Source of the DNA: Alphaproteobacteria bacterium
Lineage (GTDB): Bacteria > Pseudomonadota > Alphaproteobacteria > UBA828
Direction: 5' to 3'
Assembly (NCBI GenBank): GCA_965221125.1
Contig: CBDCRW010000004.1
Coordinates: 1,024,001-1,088,000, forward strand
Length of the DNA stretch: 64,000 nucleotides
In this document: piece after piece, positions 1-8,490 of the stretch
Position numbering within the stretch: position 1 is the stretch's first letter
Layout of the letters: the number at the start of each line of letters is the position of its first letter
Program-made: the position numbers and the translations under genes
Notes under the pieces: generated by a model
Databases searched by the model: none
Told to the model about the DNA's origin: nothing
The model's input: the letters and a program-made list of their open reading frames with translations, nothing else

Positions 1-2
1 CC

Positions 3-302
3 ACGCTGGACGCGGTCGCCTGCACGGCGATCAAGAACGAGCTCGCCCTCGTCGACGGCTTCGACTGCAAGACGTGGGACGTCACGGTGAAAGCCGGCCT
101 GACGGCGTCTGCGCTCTCAACCGGCCTGACGGCGTCTGCGCTCTCAAGCGGCGCCAACACCGCGGGCAACAGCGGCGACATGATCCTGGTCACGATCGAC
201 GGTTGGGAGCGGGCGCCCTGGGTGACGGAGGTGCGGAAGCTCGACGACCCGGAAGGCCGAGTCGCCACAGGCGTCGCCCGCCGCGAGCCGACGGACACGT
301 GA
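3..302 (+). CDS. 3' part of a probable TadE-like minor pilin (gene starts upstream of the window)
   Basis: Open frame from position 3 (TLDAVACTAIKNELALVDGFDCKTWDVTV...) to TGA 302, ending ATGVARREP like TadE/TadF C-termini; directly upstream of another tadE-like gene. Confidence 0.55.
   Translation, partial: TLDAVACTAIKNELALVDGFDCKTWDVTVKAGLTASALSTGLTASALSSGANTAGNSGDMILVTIDGWERAPWVTEVRKLDDPEGRVATGVARREPTDT
94..147 (+). repeat. Perfect 27-bp tandem duplication (in-frame, GLTASALS x2)
   Basis: ccggcctgacggcgtctgcgctctcaa at 94-120 and 121-147. Confidence 0.95.
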
Positions 303-463
303 GCGCTGTCATGATCAACGCGCGCGCACTCTTCGGGTCCATGCCGGCATTCCTCGGCCGGGTGTCGCGCGCCCTGGTCCTCCCGGCCGAGTCGCGTGCG
401 CGAGCCGGCGACGCGCGGCCAAGCGCTGCCCCGCCGGACTCGTTCCTGAGGCCGGCTCCTCTC

Positions 464-487
464 GGGGGGGGGGGGGGGGGGGGGGGG
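464..487 (+). repeat. Poly-G homopolymer (G24)
   Basis: 24 consecutive G, ending 1 nt before GTG 489. Confidence 0.95.
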
Positions 488-488
488 A

Positions 489-1163
489 GTGAAATTCCTC
501 CCTTCGGCGTTCGGGCGCAACCGGCACAGGGCATGGCGGCCACGGCCTGAGTCCCCTGCCACACTCATCGGGCGCCTAGTTCGCGAGCGGCGGGCGGCGG
601 CATCGATCGAGCTTGCCTTGGGCGTAGTGGCGATCCTGACCGTCGCATGGGTCGCCTTCGATGTCTATTCGCTGACCCGGGCCCACGCGGCGGGCGAGCG
701 CATCGCCGCCATCATGGCCAACTATGTCTCGCAGGAAGCGACGCCCGACGGCGGCGAGATCACGGCTCTCGGCAAGTTTCTGCGCGAGAGCGAACTCCGC
801 GTTCCGTCGTCGCTAGTATACCTGATTTCCGCGGTACATCTTGAGGACGATTCTGCCGAGCAACTCTGGGCCCCCTCCTCCTACGAGATCCGCCTCGGCG
901 ACGACGACGACGAAACGGCGTCTCTGGTTCAGACATGCAAGAGCCGGGGGAAGAGCGGCTGGCAGGCGCAGGCGCTCGGGGCCGATGCCACCCTCGCGCT
1001 CCAGCCCACCGATGTGGTGATCGTCGTCGAGATCTGCGCGAGCCTGAACCGCGAAGGCATGCTCAGCGAGTCGGTGGCCGGCAACCTTTACCGCGTCCAC
1101 GCCCTGCTTGCCCGCGGTACCGGGGGCAAGCCCGCAAGGCCGACCGAGCCTTCGACCAGCTAA
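489..1163 (+). CDS. TadE/TadF-like minor pilin (true start may be 299/311, across the poly-G tract)
   Basis: Class III signal-like motif ERRAAASIELALGVVAILTVAWVAF followed by a Cys-containing periplasmic domain ending VVIVVEIC...LYRVHALLAR. Confidence 0.75.
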   Translation: MKFLPSAFGRNRHRAWRPRPESPATLIGRLVRERRAAASIELALGVVAILTVAWVAFDVYSLTRAHAAGERIAAIMANYVSQEATPDGGEITALGKFLRESELRVPSSLVYLISAVHLEDDSAEQLWAPSSYEIRLGDDDDETASLVQTCKSRGKSGWQAQALGADATLALQPTDVVIVVEICASLNREGMLSESVAGNLYRVHALLARGTGGKPARPTEPSTS

Positions 1164-1506
1164 GAGGCTGCAGTGTCGGCCGATGATCGCACTCGATCGA
1201 TGGCTTCCCTCCACGCCCCGTCCGAGCCTGTGGATCAGCGGGCGGCGGTCCGGCCCGGCATGCGCGCAGTCATGAAGGAGGCTGCATGACCATGCGCGTG
1301 CGCTGCCGGGCCAATCACAGAACAGAAGCCGACATTTCGGAGGGGTCGCCGACGGGTGCGTCCGCAACCCCAAGGAATGGGAAGCGGGATGCGCACAACA
1401 AGACGCTCACCCGCTTCGCCACGCATCCGGAGGCAGTTGGGAGTACCTCCGGAGGTCTACACCGCGCCGGCGCGGCTCGCCGGTATCTTCATCAAAGGAG
1501 CACGAG

Positions 1507-1737
1507 ATGAAAGTGAAGAACTTCCTGCGGGCTGTTGCCCGCTTCGCACGGGCCAAGGAGGCCGTGTCGGCGCTCGAGTACGCCGTCGTTGTCAGCGTCG
1601 TCGTCGCCGGAGTCGGCGGGGCCGTGTGGGCGTTCGTGGGCGATACGCAAACCGCGATCGAATCAATCGGCACCGCAGTTGAGACGACGGCAAGTACGGC
1701 CCCGACGGGCACATTGACAGCGCCCACCTCACCCTAA
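1507..1737 (+). CDS. flp: Flp/Fap type IVc major pilin
   Basis: 76 aa; MKVKNFLRAVARFARAKEA-VSALEYAVVVSVVVAGVGGAV carries the Flp E5-Y6 motif and hydrophobic helix; strong RBS aaaggag upstream. Confidence 0.9.
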   Translation: MKVKNFLRAVARFARAKEAVSALEYAVVVSVVVAGVGGAVWAFVGDTQTAIESIGTAVETTASTAPTGTLTAPTSP

Positions 1738-1774
1738 TCCTCCACGCTTAACGCGGAACGGCACGGACAGGAGC

Positions 1775-1801
1775 CTGGGCGGCGATTGGACCGCCGCCCA
1801 G
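1775..1801 (+). terminator. GC-rich hairpin downstream of flp (terminator or mRNA stabiliser)
   Basis: ctgggcggcg-attggac-cgccgcccag, perfect 10-bp stem; no clear U-tract. Confidence 0.5.
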
Positions 1802-2221
1802 ACCTTGCCGCTCGGCGATACCATCGGGATTCGAGGACAGGCATGAACTTCGGAAAGCACGCATCCCATCAGCGCGCGACTCTGCCTCCTTGGCGGAGCG
1901 GAGCGAACGCCGCGCCAACGCCGGAATTCGCCATCCCTACCTGTCTCAAATTGTTTGTCCAATTGTTTGTATCAAGGCCAAGCGCACGTCAGCACGCAGG
2001 AGATATGGAATGCGGACGCACATGACCGAATCGGGCCGGCGGGCCAAGGCCGGCGGAGTCGAAGCAACCGGCGCGCATGCCATGGACCTGCATCGCGCAG
2101 GTGACAAGTCTCGTTCGCATCGTTCGCCCAACCGAAGGCGCAGAGCATCCCGGACGTTCCGGGCGCCTGCCGCACAGACATCCGCACCCGGTCTGCCCGC
2201 CACGCGAAGGGAACTCTCGTC

Positions 2222-2689
2222 ATGAGCGAGTGGGGAATTCACGGAGCCAGAGCGGCGTTCCAAGGAATCGTGGAGGACCTGATGAGAACGTTGCTGGAGG
2301 AGCATCCCACGCTGCTCGGTGAGATGGACCTGTCGAACCTGATGGATGCCGGCTACTGCAAGGACGTCCTCGAGCTGAATATCGCGAACTTCGCGCTGAT
2401 TCGGCGCCGGGAGCAGGGCCACATGATCCAGGGCCACGCCCGGTATTGGAAGCACGTGTACGCCGGTGAGTTCTACGTGTGTTCGCAATGGTGGAAGGAC
2501 CATCACCGCTCCAATGCCGCCGCCCTGGCGAGGTTCGCGGCAAGCCTTGCCGGGATGCGGCCGCAGCATCCGGGCGCCCCTGACCTTCTGCGGCACATCG
2601 AGTCGCTTGAGCGCTATGCCGCCAGCGAAGACCCGTCCTTCCCGGATGGGCGCCAGGCGAACTCGCTGGGCCTGGCTCACAATGGCTGA
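2222..2689 (+). CDS. Hypothetical protein (155 aa)
   Basis: Protein-like composition and GC3-biased codons; aromatic motif RYWKHVYAGEFYVCSQWW. Confidence 0.65.
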   Translation: MSEWGIHGARAAFQGIVEDLMRTLLEEHPTLLGEMDLSNLMDAGYCKDVLELNIANFALIRRREQGHMIQGHARYWKHVYAGEFYVCSQWWKDHHRSNAAALARFAASLAGMRPQHPGAPDLLRHIESLERYAASEDPSFPDGRQANSLGLAHNG

Positions 2690-2824
2690 AGCACTGAGGC
2701 GCGCACCTTCCGGTGCGGGCGTTCCTGCGCCAATGGCCGTTGGTCACGGAAGACGGCGCAACGAGGCTTGTGACCGGCTGGTCGCGCCGAACAGCTTCAG
2801 CCACCGCGGAAGAGCGCGGCCGGC

Positions 2825-5800
2825 ATGACCCTCGACTCCTCCAGCCCGGCCAACGCCGTGACTGCGGCGACGGGGTCGCAGCCCGACGGCGATCGCCCGC
2901 GTGAGGTGCTGCACGAGCGCCCCGACCTGGGTGCGCTTGAAGCGCTGCTCGCGGACCCTGTAGCCGTTTCGTCGGAGGAGACGGCGCTTGCGGGCTTCAT
3001 TTCCAAGCCCTTGGGACAAGACAAAGCAGGTGCCGGGACCATCGGTCCGTTCGGGTCGCGAACCGATGATTCACTTGTCGATGCGCTGCCCAAGTTGCCC
3101 ACCCACGCGCCGGACGCTCCGACGGGGAGCGAGCGCACAGTAGACGACGGTCTCGCAGCGCATCCCTCAGTTCCCGCTGAGTCGCCGATCGCTCCGATCG
3201 AACACGATATCCAGCATGCGGACACGTTAGTCCAAGACGGAACTGCGGCCGATGAGACCGGAGAGCACGGCTCGAGTCGCGCAGGCGCAAATGCTGGCGC
3301 AATGCCGGGCGCAACCAGGGACATCTCCGGACACGAGATAAGCGCCGAAGACCCAGGTGCCGGCAACACCGGAGCTGCAGACACGAGCACGTTTTCGGGA
3401 CCCGAAGCGGTTCAGACGGAAACGAACGCCGGCCCATCCGTGAACGAGCACAGTGATCAAAGTGGCGGGGCTATAGCCAACGGCCCGGATGGGACTGCTG
3501 CAAGCAAGGCCGCCAACGCCGCAGCTTCCCTGGACGATGCCCTCCTTCGTGAAATCGCCGAGGCACCTTCGGTCTCCTCCGATTCGGCAGCTTCGGACAA
3601 AGTGGATGCTGTCTTTCTCGCCCTGGATTCACCGGCCCAAGAGTCCGGTCCGGCGACCGGAACCGATACTCTGGACGGCTTCGATATCGAGTCGTTCTTT
3701 GACAGTGGGTCGCGAGGTCCGGAAGCCACCGAGGCCGCCGACGCGCTGGAAGCCGACAAACCGTCTGCTGCATCTTCCGCCGGTGCCGCAGCCGTCAGTG
3801 GGGGAACCGCCAGCGGCAGTGACGCGAGCGATGCGAACTTGCAGGATCCGCCCGAATCCGAAGTACCGACCGCCTCACATGCGCACGAGCGGCTGGAACC
3901 GGCCGGGGAAGCTGCGGACGACCGATCCGGTCGGGGTGTTGAGGCCGCCGTTAACACACTCGGCGGACTCCTGGACGGCACCCTCGTTCGAGACATTGCC
4001 GAGTCGCCCGCAATCTCATCCGATTCGGCATCGTCAGAGCAGGTTGGCACGGCCGATCTCGCAGTCGATTCCCAGGTTCACGATTCGGATTCTGTGACCG
4101 AGTCTGCTTCACTGCGCAATCAAGGCCTCGGACGCGACTTCGACCACGAGGCGCAAGATTCTGAATCCCCCGCGACCACCGACGCTGTCGTGGAGAATGC
4201 GGCGCGACGCGAAGTGTCCAGTCCTGACGCCGTACAGTCCGCCGACGGAGCAGATTCGGCCGTAGGCGGCGCCGGCGCGAAAGACCCGATGGACGTCGGG
4301 GGCGCGGAGCCGGAGCCGAGCGGTCCTCCGTCTGCCGGAAGCGGCGTGGGCCGCGACGAGTCGGTTCTCGGCCGGATCGCCGGCGAGGTGGCGGCCATCG
4401 GCGGCGAGCCGGCCGAACCCGACTCCCGGGACACCGGCGTCGAGATGTCTTGCGATGTGCCGGCAAAGCCTGCCCCAAGCGTGTCGGATCGGAACGACCC
4501 AGTGGCATCCGACGTTGAGTCCCTTGAGGACTCTGGCCGGATCGACCAGTCCGAGACGAAGAGCGCACGGGAGGAAGCCGCTTCAGTCGCGCACGAACGG
4601 CACAAAGAGCATACCGAATCGGCCACGGAAGCGACGACGCCTGCCCGGCCGGCCGTTCCGGGGGACGAGTCGCCCTTCGGCCCGGCGGATCCCGGTGAAC
4701 CGGCAACTGCCGTTGCGACCGAAGACATCATTGCGAAGGACGTCGACACTGAGAGCGATATTGCGCCCGTCATTCACCTTCCCGATCTGAGCGGCTTGCC
4801 TTCCTCTGGAACCTGCGCGGACCAAAAGGAGTCGCTGCTCCGGCAGATTGCCGACGTGGTGGCCGCCTCTGCCGGCGCGGCCGGCGATGCGCCTCCGCCG
4901 GGTCTGGCCGGACGCGGTATCGCGAGCGTTGATGAGCAGAATGATGGAGCCCAAACGGATGCTCCGCGTTCGGAGGATTCGGCTTCGATCACACTTCCCA
5001 GACCCGAGGGCTCCGAACGGCCTTTCGTGCCTATCGTGCCGGCAACCCCCGAGGGTCCCACCGATTCGTTGCGGGAGGCCGCTCCCGAGTCGACCGGCTC
5101 CGCACTTGAGTCTCCCTCCGAACAAGCGGCTCCGGATAAACCGAAGATTGCTGAAACGACCGATGACGCCGGTGACTTCGGCGCCGCACCGGCAGAATCC
5201 GAGTCCGAATCGTTCTTCGACCCCACGAACTCCAAAGAGGCGGTGGCTGCCACCGTCGCCCGGTACGCCGTCGCAACGGACGCGGAGATCGAGGACGACA
5301 CCTCCTCCGTCATTCACCTTCCCGACCTGAGCGGCCCGGCACCCTTCGAAGCTGGCGCAGGCCACGCCGAGTCGGTTGTGCCGCTGGCTGACGATGCCAT
5401 ACCCGATTCTTCCAGCGAGCCCGCCGCGCCGCCTGAAGCGGCTACGCCCCTGTCCGAGGATGCGCAGGCACGTGGTTCCGACGGCTGGCCAGATGCCGAC
5501 GACGGGCCCGCGGCAGACGACATGTCTCCCGGACACGGAGGTGTCGGTTCCCTTCCCGAATCGGATGAGAGCGCAGTGCCCGCCGACCCGGCAGAGTTTC
5601 AATTCGGTGACGACCGCCAGGATTCCGAGTCCGATAAAGAGGACCGTGGCGAGGCTTCCGCTGACGCGACCGGTATCGTGTTCGACGACACCCTTCTCGT
5701 AGACCTCGCTGCCGTAGCGCCCATCTCGTCCGATGAGGACATTGCACCGGAACGCTCGTCAGCGGCCGCCGGCGGGAGTGCCGAAGCCGACGCCCACTTG

Positions 5801-7078
5801 GTGTCCGCTCCGGAACCCGCCTTCGACGTCTCCCTTCCTCACACCGACACCGTTTCCCTTGAGGCATCTGGCGACGAACCGGACCCCGAATACGCGCACG
5901 ATGCCCTGGAGGCGGAGTCTCCCGGCCCTGCTGCTGCCCTGGCCTTCGCGACCGATGCGGACACGGAGTTGGCGCTGCGCGATGGTTTGATCGGCTTCGG
6001 ATCCGCCTCCGCCGGGACCGGGGAGCCGCAGGTGTGGCAGGGCGGTCTCAAGGCCGCGATCGCGGCCCTGGCCGAGGGCCGCACGGCTCCCTTGGTTATC
6101 GTGGATATCGATGGCGTTCCCTACCCCGCTGGCGCCATCCACGAGCTGGCGGCGGTGTGCGAGGTGGGCACCGTGGTGGTGGCGGTGGGCTCCGATGTCT
6201 CCGCGCGCCCGGGACGCGAACTGCTGTTGTCGGGGGTGAGCGACTACCTGGCCAAGCCACTGACGGCGGAAGCGGTGCGCGGGGTGGCGTCCCGCGCTCT
6301 CGCGGATGCGGCCGAAAGGCGCCCCGGCGGCCGCGTCGCATGCTTCGTCGGCTGCGGGGGAAGCGGAGCGACGACACTGGCGGCCGCGACGGCACTCCAT
6401 GCGGCGTCGCGCGGCTGCTACGTCTCGGTACTGGACCTGAGTCGGACGGTGGCGGCGGCGGCGCTGGCCTTGGGGGTAGAGCCCGTGGCGGGTCTGGATC
6501 AGCTCCTGGAGACGACAGACAAGGTCGAGGTGGAGCCCGAGTCGCTTGAGGGCGTGTGCGGGCGCCGATCGGACCGGATCGAGGTCTACGCCCATCGCTG
6601 GAGCCCGGAGCATCCGGCGGCGGCGACGGCAGCGGCGGTGGATCGCCTGCTGGCCGCGCTTAGACAGCGCTCGCAGTTGGTGTTGGTCGACGGTCTCGAT
6701 GAAGCAGAGATGCGCTTCCTTCCTTCCGTCGAGATCGACACGCGGGTGTTCGTCGCGGAGCCGACGGCGGGGAAGACGCCTCATCTGATCCGCATGATGG
6801 ACCTGCTGGACGGTGACCAGCCCACGGTGTTCGTGCAGAACTACACGCGCTCCTTCCGCCGCGACGCCGGCGCGCGCGCATTGCGGGAGGCGGGAACGGG
6901 GATCGAGCCAGACCTCGCGGTCCAGTTCGATCCGGCGATTCCCGAGACGGCCGACCGGGGCTGGCCCCAGGGAAGGCTGCCGCGCTCGTTGCGCAAGCCG
7001 GTGTCGGCGCTGACGGACCTTCTTCTGGACGAGTCGTCCGCTGCCGGCGCTGCGGCGGCCTTCGCAAGGGCAGCGTGA
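2825..7078 (+). CDS. cpaE: Giant CpaE/TadZ-like pilus localisation protein: ~1,030-aa acidic low-complexity N-terminus, receiver-like domain, MinD/ParA-like domain
   Basis: C-terminal ~380 aa has LVIVDIDG, GVSDYLAKPL and RVACFVGCGGSGATTLA...VSVLDL; stop overlaps the tadA start; paralogous to 32022-33176. Confidence 0.8.
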   Translation: MTLDSSSPANAVTAATGSQPDGDRPREVLHERPDLGALEALLADPVAVSSEETALAGFISKPLGQDKAGAGTIGPFGSRTDDSLVDALPKLPTHAPDAPTGSERTVDDGLAAHPSVPAESPIAPIEHDIQHADTLVQDGTAADETGEHGSSRAGANAGAMPGATRDISGHEISAEDPGAGNTGAADTSTFSGPEAVQTETNAGPSVNEHSDQSGGAIANGPDGTAASKAANAAASLDDALLREIAEAPSVSSDSAASDKVDAVFLALDSPAQESGPATGTDTLDGFDIESFFDSGSRGPEATEAADALEADKPSAASSAGAAAVSGGTASGSDASDANLQDPPESEVPTASHAHERLEPAGEAADDRSGRGVEAAVNTLGGLLDGTLVRDIAESPAISSDSASSEQVGTADLAVDSQVHDSDSVTESASLRNQGLGRDFDHEAQDSESPATTDAVVENAARREVSSPDAVQSADGADSAVGGAGAKDPMDVGGAEPEPSGPPSAGSGVGRDESVLGRIAGEVAAIGGEPAEPDSRDTGVEMSCDVPAKPAPSVSDRNDPVASDVESLEDSGRIDQSETKSAREEAASVAHERHKEHTESATEATTPARPAVPGDESPFGPADPGEPATAVATEDIIAKDVDTESDIAPVIHLPDLSGLPSSGTCADQKESLLRQIADVVAASAGAAGDAPPPGLAGRGIASVDEQNDGAQTDAPRSEDSASITLPRPEGSERPFVPIVPATPEGPTDSLREAAPESTGSALESPSEQAAPDKPKIAETTDDAGDFGAAPAESESESFFDPTNSKEAVAATVARYAVATDAEIEDDTSSVIHLPDLSGPAPFEAGAGHAESVVPLADDAIPDSSSEPAAPPEAATPLSEDAQARGSDGWPDADDGPAADDMSPGHGGVGSLPESDESAVPADPAEFQFGDDRQDSESDKEDRGEASADATGIVFDDTLLVDLAAVAPISSDEDIAPERSSAAAGGSAEADAHLVSAPEPAFDVSLPHTDTVSLEASGDEPDPEYAHDALEAESPGPAAALAFATDADTELALRDGLIGFGSASAGTGEPQVWQGGLKAAIAALAEGRTAPLVIVDIDGVPYPAGAIHELAAVCEVGTVVVAVGSDVSARPGRELLLSGVSDYLAKPLTAEAVRGVASRALADAAERRPGGRVACFVGCGGSGATTLAAATALHAASRGCYVSVLDLSRTVAAAALALGVEPVAGLDQLLETTDKVEVEPESLEGVCGRRSDRIEVYAHRWSPEHPAAATAAAVDRLLAALRQRSQLVLVDGLDEAEMRFLPSVEIDTRVFVAEPTAGKTPHLIRMMDLLDGDQPTVFVQNYTRSFRRDAGARALREAGTGIEPDLAVQFDPAIPETADRGWPQGRLPRSLRKPVSALTDLLLDESSAAGAAAAFARAA

Positions 7079-8490
7079 GCATGGCCGCCCGCGCCTTCGG
7101 CCGCCGCCCGCGGTCTGCCGTCCCGGCGCCTGCACCCAAGGCTGCGCGCGCGGCGCCGACGCCTGCCCCGGCCGCTGCCGCCGAGCAGACAACCCCGCCG
7201 CGCCCGCGCGGCCGGAGTAGCGGCGGGATCTCCGATATTGTGACCCGGATCCATCCGACGATCGTCAAGTCGCTCGACATGACCAAGATCGCGGAGCTCG
7301 ACAACGAGCGTCTGGCCTCGCAGCTTCTGGCGTTCCTGGAGACGGGCGAGGCAGGACTGCCGGACTTGAGCCCGCTGGACCGCCAGCAGGTGGTCACCCA
7401 GCTGGTCCACGACATCAAGGGCCTGGGTCCGATCGAGCCGCTGCTGCTGGACCGCAGGATCTCGGACATCCTGATCAACGGCATGGACTCGGTCTACGTG
7501 GAGCGGAACGGCCGGCTGCAGCAGGTTGACGTGCGCTTCCGCGACGCCGAACACCTTCTCCACATCGCCCAGCGGATCGCGGGCTGGGTGGGGCGCCGGG
7601 TGGACGAGTCCAACCCGATGGTGGATGCGCGGCTTCCCGACGGCTCGCGGGTAAACATCATCATCCCGCCGCTTGCGATCGACGGGGCCACGGTCTCGAT
7701 CCGGCGCTTCACGCTGAAGGGGATCGGGCTCGAGGAGATGGCCGAGCGCCAGGTGATGTCGGAGGCGATGGCGGAGGCCTTCCGTATCTGCGTGAAGGCG
7801 CGTCTCAACGTCCTGATCAGCGGCGGCACGGGCTCGGGCAAGACCACGTTCATGAACGCGATGTCGCAGCATATCGACCACGGCGAACGGCTGGTGACCA
7901 TTGAGGACGCGGCAGAGCTGCAGCTGCAGCAGCCGCACGTGGTGCGGCTGGAGACCCGGACCATGAGCGCCGAGGGCACCGGCGAAGTGACCATGCGCGA
8001 CCTGCTTGTGAACACGCTGCGGATGCGTCCCGACCGCATCATCGTCGGCGAGGTCCGGGGCGGCGAGGCGACCGAGATGCTGCAGGCGATGAACACCGGC
8101 CATCCGGGGTCGATGTGCACGCTGCATGCGAACAGCCCTCGCGATGCACTGACGCGTCTTGAGAACATGCTGATGATGGCAGGCACGGAGATGCCGCTGC
8201 CTGCGATCCGGCGCCAGATCGCATCGAGCGTCGACATGATCGTGCAGCTTGCGCGGCTTCGCACGGGTCACCGCTGCGTGACCAGCCTGACCAACGTGGT
8301 GGGTCTCGAGAACGACATCGTGACCACGGAGGAGCTCTGGCGGCGGCGTCCGACGGTGGACACGCAGCACATCTTCGAGACCTCCGGCAGGCAGCCGTCG
8401 TGGATGGAGGCGGTGGACGCGGTGAGCATGCGCGAGCCTCTCATGGCGGCGCTCAAGGCGGACCCCCGGATCGGGGAGACGCAGACGTGA
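7075..8490 (+). CDS. tadA: TadA/CpaF pilus assembly ATPase
   Basis: [21 protein letters not shown], Walker [49 protein letters not shown]. Confidence 0.97.
   Translation: MSMAARAFGRRPRSAVPAPAPKAARAAPTPAPAAAAEQTTPPRPRGRSSGGISDIVTRIHPTIVKSLDMTKIAELDNERLASQLLAFLETGEAGLPDLSPLDRQQVVTQLVHDIKGLGPIEPLLLDRRISDILINGMDSVYVERNGRLQQVDVRFRDAEHLLHIAQRIAGWVGRRVDESNPMVDARLPDGSRVNIIIPPLAIDGATVSIRRFTLKGIGLEEMAERQVMSEAMAEAFRICVKARLNVLISGGTGSGKTTFMNAMSQHIDHGERLVTIEDAAELQLQQPHVVRLETRTMSAEGTGEVTMRDLLVNTLRMRPDRIIVGEVRGGEATEMLQAMNTGHPGSMCTLHANSPRDALTRLENMLMMAGTEMPLPAIRRQIASSVDMIVQLARLRTGHRCVTSLTNVVGLENDIVTTEELWRRRPTVDTQHIFETSGRQPSWMEAVDAVSMREPLMAALKADPRIGETQT

Noticed and set aside
1445-1456. Palindrome acctccggaggt upstream of flp
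   Set aside because: A 12-bp GC-rich palindrome can occur by chance; no second copy or recognisable promoter supports it.
8400-8486. Track start of cpaB-tadB at 8400
   Set aside because: Lies inside tadA; GTG 8487 has an RBS and matches the paralog's N-terminus.
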